The notes under the pieces are model-generated. The model was given only the letters and a program-made list of their open reading frames with translations. It was not told where the DNA came from and did no database searches. A program made the translations under genes and the position numbers. Source: the human T2T-CHM13v2.0 reference genome, Homo sapiens. From it: a stretch of 64,000 bases of DNA. How positions within the stretch are numbered: position 1 is the stretch's first letter; every line of letters starts with the position of its first letter. Positions 27,670 to 42,103 of the stretch are shown here, one piece after another. The stretch lies in assembly GCF_009914755.1 (NCBI RefSeq), contig NC_060931.1; one strand, written 5' to 3'.

Positions 27670-27722
27670 GATTTTTAATGAGGATTTTTATATACACATA
27701 TATATGTACATATATATGTGTG

Positions 27723-27754
<32 letters not shown>
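27637..27754. repeat. Compound (TA)n/(GA)n microsatellite
   Basis: ~15 AT units, a degenerate TA/CA stretch, then (GA)n. Confidence 0.9.
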
Positions 27755-29765
27755 TCATGGATATATTTATATCCAGGACCAAATGAGATTTATTACTGGA
27801 ATGTAAGGATGGTTCAATATATAAATATTGATCAATATAATACATAATGTTTACAAAAGGAAGAAAAAAGTCATGAGTATATTAATTGTGGTAAAAGAAG
27901 AATTTGAAAAAATCGAACAATCTTCCATGATAAAAAACACTCAGCAAACTAGGAATAGAAGAAAACTATCTCATAATAAAAGGCATGTATGAAAAATACA
28001 CTGTGAGTAACATAATGGTGAAAGACTGAAAGCTTTTCCTCAAAGAAAAAAAATTGCAAGAATGCCCATTTTCACCACTTCTATTCAACATAGTATTGGA
28101 AATTCTAGCCAGAGCAGTTAGGTAAGAAAAAGAAATAAAACTATCCCAAATTTAAAAGACAGTAGTGAAAGTATCTCTTTTCACAGATGACATGATCCTA
28201 TATGTTGAAAACCCTACAGATTCCACAATAAAAACTGTTAGAACTAATAAGCAAATTCAGCAAAGTGGCAGGACACCAAATGAGCTCATAAAATAAGTTG
28301 CATTTCTATACACTAACACTAAACATTCTGAAAAGGAAAATATGAAAACAATTCAATTTACTATAGCATCAAAAAAAATACCTAGGAACTAACTTAATGA
28401 AGAAGTGAAATATTTTACAATGAAAATACAAAACATTGCAGAAAGAAATTAAATACATAAATACATGGCAACATATCTCATGTTCAAGGATTGGAAGACT
28501 TAATATTATTAAGATATCCATACTATCTAAAGTAATCTACAAAATAATGTAATCCCTATCAAAATCCCAATGACTTTTTTTTTTTGTAGAAATAGAAAAA
28601 CCTATCCTAAAATTCACATGGAATCCCAAGGGACTCCAAATAGCTGAAACATTCTTTAAAAAGAACAAAACTGGAGGACTCATACTTCCTGATTTTAAAA
28701 TTTAACTGCAAAGTTAACCAAACTGTGGTACTGGCATAAACACAAACATATATACCAGTGAAATAGAACAAAACAGTGGTACTAGCATAAACACAGAAAT
28801 ATATACCAATTAAATAGAATAGAAAGCATACAAATAAATGCTGACATATGTGGTCAAATGATTTTTGACAAGAGTGACAAGATCATTCAATGGAGAAAGG
28901 AGAGACATTTCAACATATGGTGGTTAGAAAACTGGACTGCCACATGTAAAATAATTTAGACTCTTAACACCACATACAAAAAATAACTCTAAGTGAATCA
29001 AAGATCTACCTTTAAGGCCTCAAACTATGCAACTCTTAGAAGAAGACATAGGACAAAAACTTTAGAACATTGGATTTTGCAATGATTTATTAGAAATGAC
29101 ACCAAAGTCAGAGGCAACTGAAGATGAAATAGACAAATTGAACTCCATGAAAACTTTAAAAATTTGTACACTAAAAGATAATGTCAACAGAGTAAAAAAA
29201 AAAAAAAAGGCAGCCCATGGGATAAGAGGAAATATTTGAAAAGTATATATCTGATAAGGGATTAATATCCAGAATATACAGAGAACAGCTAAAACTCAAA
29301 AAAAAAGAACAACCTGATTCAAAAATGGACAAAAAGCTTGAATAGATCTTTCTCCAAAAAAGATATACAAGTAACAAATAAGCACATGAAAAGATGCTCA
29401 ACATCACTAATCATTAGGGCAATGCATATCAAAGCTGCAAAGAGATACCACCTCACACTCTTGATGACTACCATCAAAACAAACAAACAAACAAACAAAA
29501 AACCAGAAAATAACAAGACTTGCCAAAATGTGGAGAAATTGGAACCCTTGAGAACTGTTGGTGGGAATGTAAAGCCACTGTAGAAAACATTAAGGTCATT
29601 CCTCAAAATATTAAAAATAAAATTACTATATGATCCAATAATTCCACTTCTCAGTATATACAGCAAAGAATTGAAAGCAGAGACTTGAAGAGATATATGT
29701 AGACCCATATATTACAGTAGCTAAAATGTGAAAGTCACCCCCAGGTGTTTATTAAAAAATGAGTG

Positions 29766-30062
29766 GACCAGGCGTGGTGGCTCACACATGTAATCCCAGC
29801 ACTTTGGGAGGCTGAGGCAGGTGGATCACGAGGTCAGGAGATTGAGACCATCCTGGCTACCATGGTGAAACCCTGTCTCTACTAAAACTACAAAAAATTA
29901 GCCAGGCATTTTGGCAGGCGCATGTACTCCCAGCTACTCAGGTGGCTGAAGCAGGAGAATGGCGTGAAACCAGGAGGTGGAGCTTGCAGTGAGCCAAGAT
30001 CACGCCATTGCACTCCAGCCTGGGTGACAGAGCAAGACTGTCTCAAAAAAAAAAAAAAAAAA
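29766..30062 (+). mobile_element. AluY-type SINE (CpG-decayed)
   Basis: Y-type diagnostics CATCCTGGCTA, GAGAATGGCGTGAA and GAGCTTGCAGT; GAGTG repeated at both flanks. Confidence 0.9.
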
Positions 30063-30649
30063 GAGTGGATATACAAAATATGGTATATACATACAATAGA
30101 ATATAATTCTAAAATGTAAAAAAGGAAAAACATTTTGATATGCTATTACATGGATGAAACTTGAGGACATTGTGCTAAGTGAAATAAGCTAGTCACAAAA
30201 AGACACATATGGTATCATTTTATTTACATGATGTACTTAGAGTCATCAAAATTATAAAGACAGAAAGTAGAATGATGATTGCCAGGGGCTGAGAGGAGAG
30301 GAAAATGAGTTATTACAGGCATAGAGTTTCAGTTTTACCAGATGAAAAGGGTTATGGAGATGAATGGTGGTGCTGGTTGCACAACATTATGAATGTATTT
30401 AATACCACTGAACTGTACACTTAACAATAGTTAAGACGTTAAATTTTATGTTACATGTATTTTACTACAATAAAAAATGAAAAACAACATAAGCTAGAGG
30501 TTCTCAGGGCAGAAAGTGGAGCAGAAGCAGACTACAAAAAGGCACAGTGATCGACGTGTTCTAGATATTGGATTTGATGGCACTTACAAAACTATGTGTG
30601 TTTCTCAAATTGTGCACTAAAAAGAGTGAATTTACAATTTTTTTTTTCT

Positions 30650-31541
30650 GAGAAATCCACTGCAAAAAGATCATCACCAAGGCACATAGTCATCAGGTTA
30701 TCTAAAATCAAGACAAAAGAAAAAAACTTAAGAGCTGTAAGGCAAAAGCATCAGGTAACCTACAAAGGAAAATCTATCAGATTAACAGCAGATTTCAGGG
30801 CAGAAACCCTACAAGCCAGAGGGATTGGGGTCCTACCTTTAACCTTTTCAAACAAAATAATTGCCAGTCAAAAATTCTGTATCCAGTGAAACTAAGCTTC
30901 ATAAATGAAGGAGAGATAAAGTCTTTTTCAGACAAATGCTGAGAATTTGCCACTACCAAGCCAGCACTACAAGAAGTGCTAAAAGGAGTTCTAAATATTA
31001 AAACGAAACCTCAAAATATGCTAAAATAGAATCCCCTGAATGCATAAATTTCACAGGGCCTATAAAACAGTAACACAATTTAAAAACAAACAAAACGTAT
31101 TCAGACAACTAACATGATGAACGGAACAGTACCTCACATCTCAATACTACAATTGAATGTAAATGGCCTAAATGCTTCACTTAAAAGATACAGAATAGCA
31201 GAATGAATAAAAATCCACCAACCAAGTATCTGCTGTCTTCAAAAGACTTACCTAAAACATAAGGACTCCCGTAAATGTAAGGTAAAGGGGTAGACAAAGA
31301 CATTCCATGCAAATGGAAACCAAAAGCAAGCAGGAGTAGCTATTCTTATATCAGACAAAATAGACTTTAAAGCAACAACAGTTTACAAAGACAAAGTGGG
31401 ACATTATATAATAAAAGGATTAGCCCAAGTCCAACAGGGAAATAATACAATCCTAAACATATATGCACTTAATACTGGAGCTCTCAAATTTATAAAACAA
31501 TTTCTACTAGATGTAAGGAATAAGATAGACAGCAATACAAT
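30650..31541 (+). mobile_element. L1PB-type internal fragment (ORF1 C-terminus, spacer, ORF2 endonuclease start)
   Basis: ORF 30596-30889 contains SPRHIVIRLSK..QVTYKGKSIRLTADF (ORF1p); ORF 31396-31731 contains ILNIYALNTGALKFIKQ (EN domain). Confidence 0.85.
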
Positions 31542-31669
31542 CTTTAAATCATATAACTCTGACTTTAGATTTTTTCAAAAAAACCTTCAAATGAAGAAAA
31601 ATAATTACTTTCACCACTCTATAAAATTACAACCTGATAACTTGCTGCCCTCCACTGTCATACAGCATC

Positions 31670-31907
31670 CTCAATCTACCTTCCTCAGTTTCTTATTTTA
31701 CCATGACAGGTATTATTCTCCATTTTATTAAATTATTTACTTATGTATCATTTTTATTGTTTATTGCCTACCTTGCCCCATGTACTAAAAATCCACAAGG
31801 CAATAAATTTTTGTCTATTTTTGTTGACTGACTAATCCAAGAAACCATAATGGTGCCTTTAGCATAGTAAGCATTCCAATAAATATTCATTCATTAATAA
31901 ATTAATG
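31670..31907 (+). mobile_element. L2a 3' end
   Basis: TGGTGCCTTTAGCATAGTAAGCATTCCAATAAATATTCATTCATTAATAAAT. Confidence 0.7.
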
Positions 31908-31934
31908 TGCAGAAGAAAAATGTGTTGCATAAAA

Positions 31935-32330
31935 TCAGACTTATTTTCAGCTGAAAGAAAAAAAAATCCTATCTAGACTATTTTTAAAGATGGAGAATCA
32001 TTTTTTCCTACAACAAAAAAATGCACAACAAGCTCAGCTCCATGTACAGATTATAAGGAGAACTTTAAAAGCTGTCACCAGGCTCTGTTTCTTCCATCAA
32101 TGTCTTCATCCCCTCTTTTCTTCATTTCTCATAGTCATAAGATGGCTGCAATAACACCTCACAACTTTCCAGATTGCTCCATTGTGAAAGAAAAAATACT
32201 GCTTTCCAGATGCTCAAAAGTCCTGGGATCAGCTGTGATTTGGGCTTACTCCAGTCCCTTGGGGCCTGGATGGTAGAATATGTTGATGGACAGAGGCCTT
32301 GGTCACACAGCCTGCATGACAGGTCAGCAG
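31935..32330 (-). mobile_element. Old MLT1 (K/L-like) LTR
   Basis: GTCATAAGATGGCTGC and AGAGGCCTTGGTCACA blocks. Confidence 0.5.
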
Positions 32331-33363
32331 CATCCAAAATGTAGGAGTTAAGGGTGGTGCTTTAAAGTCTTGTACATTTCAAATGTATTAAATAAAGTCA
32401 TAGTTAAGAACGTAATGATATAAAAATCACCTCCTTAGTTAAAACAAAGCAGATTATTTCAGAGATTGAGCAGAAATAACTTTGGAGAATGGTATGTAAA
32501 TAGGGTGTCCTCAGCCAGCCACAATCTACCATACCTGGTGGTCTCACTTTTGATCCATAATGTCATCATGTATATGTGAATGCAAAGCATTATACATGCA
32601 TTATCAAAATGCAAAGGAAATTGTAGAACATAAGATTAACAATTGTGAAACAAATTTAAAAAATCTATCCAGCCCAGAAACCTGCTTGAGTATATAAATG
32701 AGAATTTTAATAGACTATTGTTTGCATTCCAAAGTATAAATATATGTTCCCAAATACACTGGCTTATATTTATTTCCCTCAAGTGCTAAGACCTTCTTAT
32801 AACTGTCAATCTAGTATTTATTAAAATAATTCTTAATCATTTAAATATATCCTAAATACTTGGTAAAAATACATATGTATAAATAAAACATGTTAACCTT
32901 TCCCCAATTCACATTTAGTTCATTTACTATGTTCATCTTTCCTAATAAAGACCTCAAACCATTTTTGAAATAAAGCAAGAGTAAACAAATATCATGGACA
33001 ATACCAAATTTCCTGTATGATTCCCCCATTCCTTTTGTCCCTTCTGAATGTTTACAAGTAAGTATGCATGCACAGTTGGAATTTCACCTAATGGTATTCT
33101 ATTTTAAGTTTATGTAACCTGAAACAGATTGCATCTAAATATATAGAACAGCTCTATTTTCTTTACTTTATCTTTAAAACTATCAATCAAATTAGTCTTA
33201 TACATCAGTTTATTTATCTTAAAGTAATATCATATGTCAGCTAAAGAGTTTTTTCCTATATAATTATCACATTATAATCAGTTAAATGAGTATTAATTAT
33301 TTTGGCATTATCTCCCACAGAGTGAACACTTAAATAGAAGCCTCTGTTAAAACGTACTGCTCT

Positions 33364-33480
33364 GTCAAAGTTCTCTGTATATATCAGTCATAGCACATTC
33401 GCCTTGGAAGGGACCCACAGTCAAAGTTCTCTGTGTATATCAATCAATCAGAGCACATTAGCCTTGGAAGAGACTCACAG
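33364..33480. repeat. Diverged ~56-60 bp tandem duplication
   Basis: GTCAAAGTTCTCTGT..AGCACATT.GCCTTGGAAG.GAC.CACAG occurs twice head to tail. Confidence 0.9.
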
Positions 33481-34644
33481 ATCATATAATTAGAAAGTAT
33501 TCATTTGACAGATAAGGTATATTCACCTCTGACAGAACTACCACTAGAGATGAATGCTGGTAAACCAATACTATTTTCCAATTACCCATGTTTTCTTCTA
33601 TTCTTATGCTCTGTCACTTTATAAATAAGTGTAAAACCTATACAGTATGCTGAAGTTCCCTGCTAAATTTGGTTAGTAATGTAAAAACAAAAGTTTCAAC
33701 TTGATTGATATATAATTTAATACAACTGAGGGTTTTTCTCAGCCTAAATCAAGTATTTTAATGAGACATTCTTCCAGGTACATAACATTGGACATCCACT
33801 TGCCTTAAAATCTCACCCAGTTATTACTGGGAGTGTCCCTAGGGTGTCACATAAAGGTTGTTAAGAGTTTGTATACAACAAGATGTGAATATCCCAATGT
33901 GAAGACCACTGTGCTAAATTACCCCCCCCCCCCCACACACACACACACAATATACTTCCCCACCTTGCCATACTATCAGGACATTTAAAATTTTTGGTTA
34001 AATAAATATCGAAAATTCCTTTTGTTATGCCTGTGTAAACATTACACACCCAAGGCAAGTAGCATATTATGATGATACTTTCTTTTAGGTACTAATTTAC
34101 TTGAGACATGATTTTTAAAAAATATTTTTTAATTGAAGAAGAATAGACATACAGAAAGAAATGCAAATTGCATTTATCTCAGTAATTTTTTTTACTAGGT
34201 GAGTGCACTTGAAAACACAGAATTTAAGTCAAGAATTGTAATATTACTAGTTTGCAAGAAAACCCCTCAGGCTTGCTCCCAGTCATTACTACCTTGGAAA
34301 GGGTAATTGTCATCCTGAATTCTAACACCATTAATTAATTTGACATTTTTTAACTTTATACAAATAGATTTATATAAGTATTATTTTGTCTCTGGCTTTT
34401 TTCACTCAACATTAGCTATGTGAAATTCATATGCTGTATAACATTTCATCATATGCATATACCACAATTCACTCTATTGTTGATGAATTTGTGAATTGTT
34501 TTCAGCTTTTGGCTATAAGGAAATAATGCTCTTCAGTTACACACCCAGGATGAAAATTGCTGGAGTAACAGAGTTTGTTGTATGCTTGGTTTTATAAACA
34601 CTATCAAATAGATTTCTAAGTGGCTGCAACAGTTTTATCTATTT

Positions 34645-35248
34645 ATCTATTTATTTACTTTAATAATTGCAAATATTTTATGGGATAAAATGTGATGTTA
34701 TGATGCATGTATACATTGTAGAATGATTAAGTCAGGATAATTAACATATCCATCACCTCACCTACTTACACTTTCTTTCTAGTGAGAACATTTTAAATCA
34801 ACTCTCTTAGCAACTTAGAAATATGTACTACATTATTATTAACTATAGTCATCATGCTGTGCAAATAAATCACTAGAACTTATTCCCCCAGTCCAGATGA
34901 AACTTCCTATGCTTTGACTAACATCTCCCCTTTAATGTCCTTCTCCCCACAGTTTTCTTCCCCCACAACCCATACTCTAGTCTCTGGTCACCACCATTCT
35001 ATTCTCTACTTCTAGGAGTTCCAGTCTTTTTGATTCCACATATAAGTGAAATCAAGCAGTAATTGTCTTTCTGGGCCTGACTTATTTCATTTAGCATAAT
35101 GTTCTCGAGATTCATACATGTTGTTATAAATGACAAAATTTTCTTCCTTTTAAATGCTGAGTAGTATTCCATTGTGTATATGTGCCGCATTTTCTTTATC
35201 TATTCATGCATTGATGGGCACACTTGTGTTGTTTCCATATCTTGGCTG
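34645..35248 (-). mobile_element. L1MA (MA7-9-like) 3' end
   Basis: TTAACATATCCATCACCTCA..., with ORF 34999-35190 HIYTMEYYSAFKRKKILSF..NLENIMLNEISQAQKD (ORF2 C-terminus). Confidence 0.8.
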
Positions 35249-35382
35249 CAGCAGTGTAGAGTTCATTTAGCAACATCTGATAGTTTTCATTTTCTCCATA
35301 TGCTGACCAGCGATTACTCATATTTTTCTGTCTTTTTAATTTTATTCATTCTGGTACATTTATAGATGTATCTAATTGTGGT

Positions 35383-35813
35383 GGTGGTGGTGTTCTGTTT
35401 TGTTTTATGGAGTACTATGTTTGATTCATTCAAAACAATAGAATACAGTAAATCAAAGCTAACAATTGAATGCCCCACAAAATTAAGAATTTACAAATTA
35501 AAAGTGGAAAGAAATTTTACAGCTACTGCAACTATATAACTTGTCATTCAAAAGTAGACAATAGGCAATAAGCCACAATTAACCCAGACATTTATCACCC
35601 ACAGCTCCTAATTAGATCTTTTCTTGCAACACCTCACAATGTAGTGCTTTGAATCTGGAAAAGTATAATATGTAAACCAACACTGAAGTTTTATAAAATT
35701 TCCTTAGAATGCATTGCAGTTAATTCTAGAAGCCACAGTTCTGAGTATTGGATCAATAGCAATAGGGAAGTTATAAAAAACTGAAAAAACATTTTCAGAT
35801 AAATGTACAATAC
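35383..35813 (-). pseudogene. Probable retroposed mRNA 3' UTR fragment (parent unknown)
   Basis: Non-repeat insert in L1 flanked by TTGTGGT direct repeats (35376-35382 and 35814-35820), with a degenerate poly(A) and AATCAAA ~15 nt upstream of it on the minus strand. Confidence 0.55.
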
Positions 35814-36364
35814 TTGTGGTTTTAATGTACATTTCCATGATGACAAATTATTTTGAGCATATTTTCTTGTTTATTGGTTATTTAGAAAACCTCTTTACAT
35901 AATGCCAACTCTAGTGTTTTGGATTTGAACAAGCAAAATCCAAAATTGAATGCATTTTTTATCTCTCTTTTTTTTAATGGCTGATCACAACAAACACTTC
36001 TCTTTCTTTTTCTTTTAATTTTTCTTTTTCTTTTAATTTTAATAGCTTTCGGGGTACAAGAGGTTTTTGGTTACATGGATGAATTATGTGGTGGTGAATT
36101 CTGCTATTTTAATGAACTCGTCACCTGGTAGTGTACATTATACCCAATACGTATTTTTTTAAAATAGTTTAAGTTCTGGGATACATGTACAGAATGTGCA
36201 GGTTTGTTATATAGCTATATACATGCCATGATGGTTTGCTGCACCCATCAACCCATCATCTACATTAGGTATTTCTCCTAATGCTATCCCTTCCCTAGCC
36301 CCCCACCACCCAGCAGGCCCTGGTGTGTGATGTTCCCCTCCCTGTGTCCCTGTGTTCTCATTGT

Positions 36365-40183
<3,819 letters not shown>

Positions 40184-40246
40184 TATGATTCTAGCTGGTT
40201 ATTTTGCCCGTTAGTTGATGCAGTTTCTTCATAGCGTTGATGGTCT

Positions 40247-41220
40247 TTACAATTTGGTATGTTTGTACAGTGGATATTTAGTGCTTCCTTCAGGAGCTCT
40301 TGTAAGGCAGGCCTGGTGGTGACAAAAATCTCTCAGCACTTGCTCGTTTGTAAATGATTTTATTTCTCCTTCACTTATCAAGCTTGAAAAATCTTTTATT
40401 TAAGAGTGTTGAATATCAGCCCCCACTCTCTTCTGGCTTGTAGGGTTTTGCAGACAGATCTGCTGTTAGTCTGATGGGCTTCCCTTTGTGGGTAATCTGA
40501 CCTTTCTCTCTGGCTGCCCTTAACATTTTTTTCCTTCATTTCAGCCTTGGTGAATCTGATGATTATGTGTCTTGGGGTTACTCTTCTCAAGGAGTATCTT
40601 TGTGGTATTCTATGTATTTTCTGAATTTGAATGTTGGCCTGTCTTGCTAGGTTGGGGGAGTTCTCCTGGATAATATCCTGAAGAGTGTTTTCCAATTGAT
40701 TCTATTCTCCCTGTCACTTTCAGGTACACCAGTCAAACGTAGGTTTGGTCTTTTCACCTAGTCCCATATTTCTTGGAGGCTTTGATTGTTCCTTTTCATT
40801 CTTTTTTCTCTAATTTTGTCTTCATGCTTTATTTCATTAAGTTGATCTTCAATCTCTGATATCCTTTCTTCTACTTCATCAATTTGGCTACTGATACTTG
40901 TGTATTCTTCACGAAGTTCTTGTGCTGTGTTTTTCAGCTCCATCAGGTCATTTGTTCTTCTCTACACTGGTTATTCTAGTTAGAAATTTCTCTAACCTTT
41001 TTTCAAGGTTCTTAGCTTCCTTGTATTTGGTTAGAACATGCTCCTTTAGCTCAGAGGAGTTTGTTATCACCCACCTTCCGAAGTCTACTTCTGTCAAATC
41101 GTCAAACTCATTCTCCATCCAGTTTTGTTCCCTTGTTGGTGAGGAGTTGTGATCCTTTGGAGGAGAAGAGACATTCTGGTTTTTGGAATTTTCAGCCTTT
41201 TTGTGCTGGTTTTTCCTCAT
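40247..41220 (-). pseudogene. ORF1: L1 ORF1, disrupted
   Basis: MRKNQHKKAENSKNQN.., ..SLQEIWD and ENTLQDIIQEN..PRHIIIRF lie in different frames; small deletions near 40275 and 40385. Confidence 0.9.
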
Positions 41221-41926
41221 CTTCATGGATTTATCTACCTTTGGTCTTTGATGTTGGTGACCTTCAGATGGGGTTTTTGTGTGGATGTCCTTTTTGTTGA
41301 TGTTGATGCTGTTCCTTCTGTGTGTTAGTCTTCCTTCTAACAGTCAGGCCCCTCTCCTGCAGGTCTGCTGGAGTGTGCTGGGGGCCCACTACAGACCCTG
41401 TTGGCCTGGGTATCACCAGCAGAGGCTACAGAACAGCAAAGACTGCTGCCTGTTCTTTCCTCTGGAAGCTTTGTCCCAGAGTGGCACCTGCCATATGCCA
41501 GCCAGAGCTCTCCTCTATGAGGTGTCTGTCGACCCCGGCCAGGAGGTGTCTCCCAATCAGGAGGCACGGCAGTCAGGGAGCCACTTGAGGAGGAGATCTG
41601 TCCCTTAGCAGAGCTCAAGCGCTGTGATGTGAGATCCACTGCTCTCTTCAGAGCCAGCAGGCAGGAACGTTTAAGTCTGCTGAAGCGTGCCCACAGCCAC
41701 CCCCTGCCCCAGGTGCTCTATCCCAGGGAGATAGGAATTTTATCTATAAGCCCCTGACTGGGGCTGCTGCCTTTCTTTCAGAGATGCCCTGTCCAGAGAT
41801 GAGGAATCTAGAGAGGCAGTCTGGCTACAGCAGCTTTGCCGAGCTGTGGTGGGCTCCGCCCAGTTCAAACTTCCTGGCAGCTTTGTTTACACTGTGAGGG
41901 GAATACCACCTACTCAAGCCTCAGTA

Positions 41927-42103
41927 ATGGTGGACACCCCTCCCCCAGCTAAGCTGAAGCATCCCAGGTGGACTTCACACTTCCGTGCTGGCAGCAAGAA
42001 TTTCAAGCCAGTGGATCTTAGCTTGCTGGGCTTCATGGGGGTGGGATCCACTGAGCTAGACCACTTGGCTCCCTGGCTTCAGCCCACCTTTCCACAGGAG
42101 TGA
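41927..42103 (+). other. ORF0-homologous antisense ORF in the L1PA7 5' UTR (58 aa, open)
   Basis: MVDTPPPAKLKHPRWTSHFRAGSKNFKPVDLSLLGFMGVGSTELDHLAPWLQPTFPQE follows the same CCTACTCAAGCCTC context as the ORF0 start at 45941. Confidence 0.5.

Larger units (their letters stand above)
26880..30485 (+). mobile_element. L1MB (L1MB1/2-like) ORF2 and 3' UTR, 5'-truncated
   Basis: Continuous degenerate ORF2 (ORF 29338-29583 NRSFSKKDIQVTNKHMKRCSTSLIIR) and an L1MB 3' end ...TTTACTACAATAAAAAA; interrupted by a microsatellite and an Alu. Confidence 0.85.
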
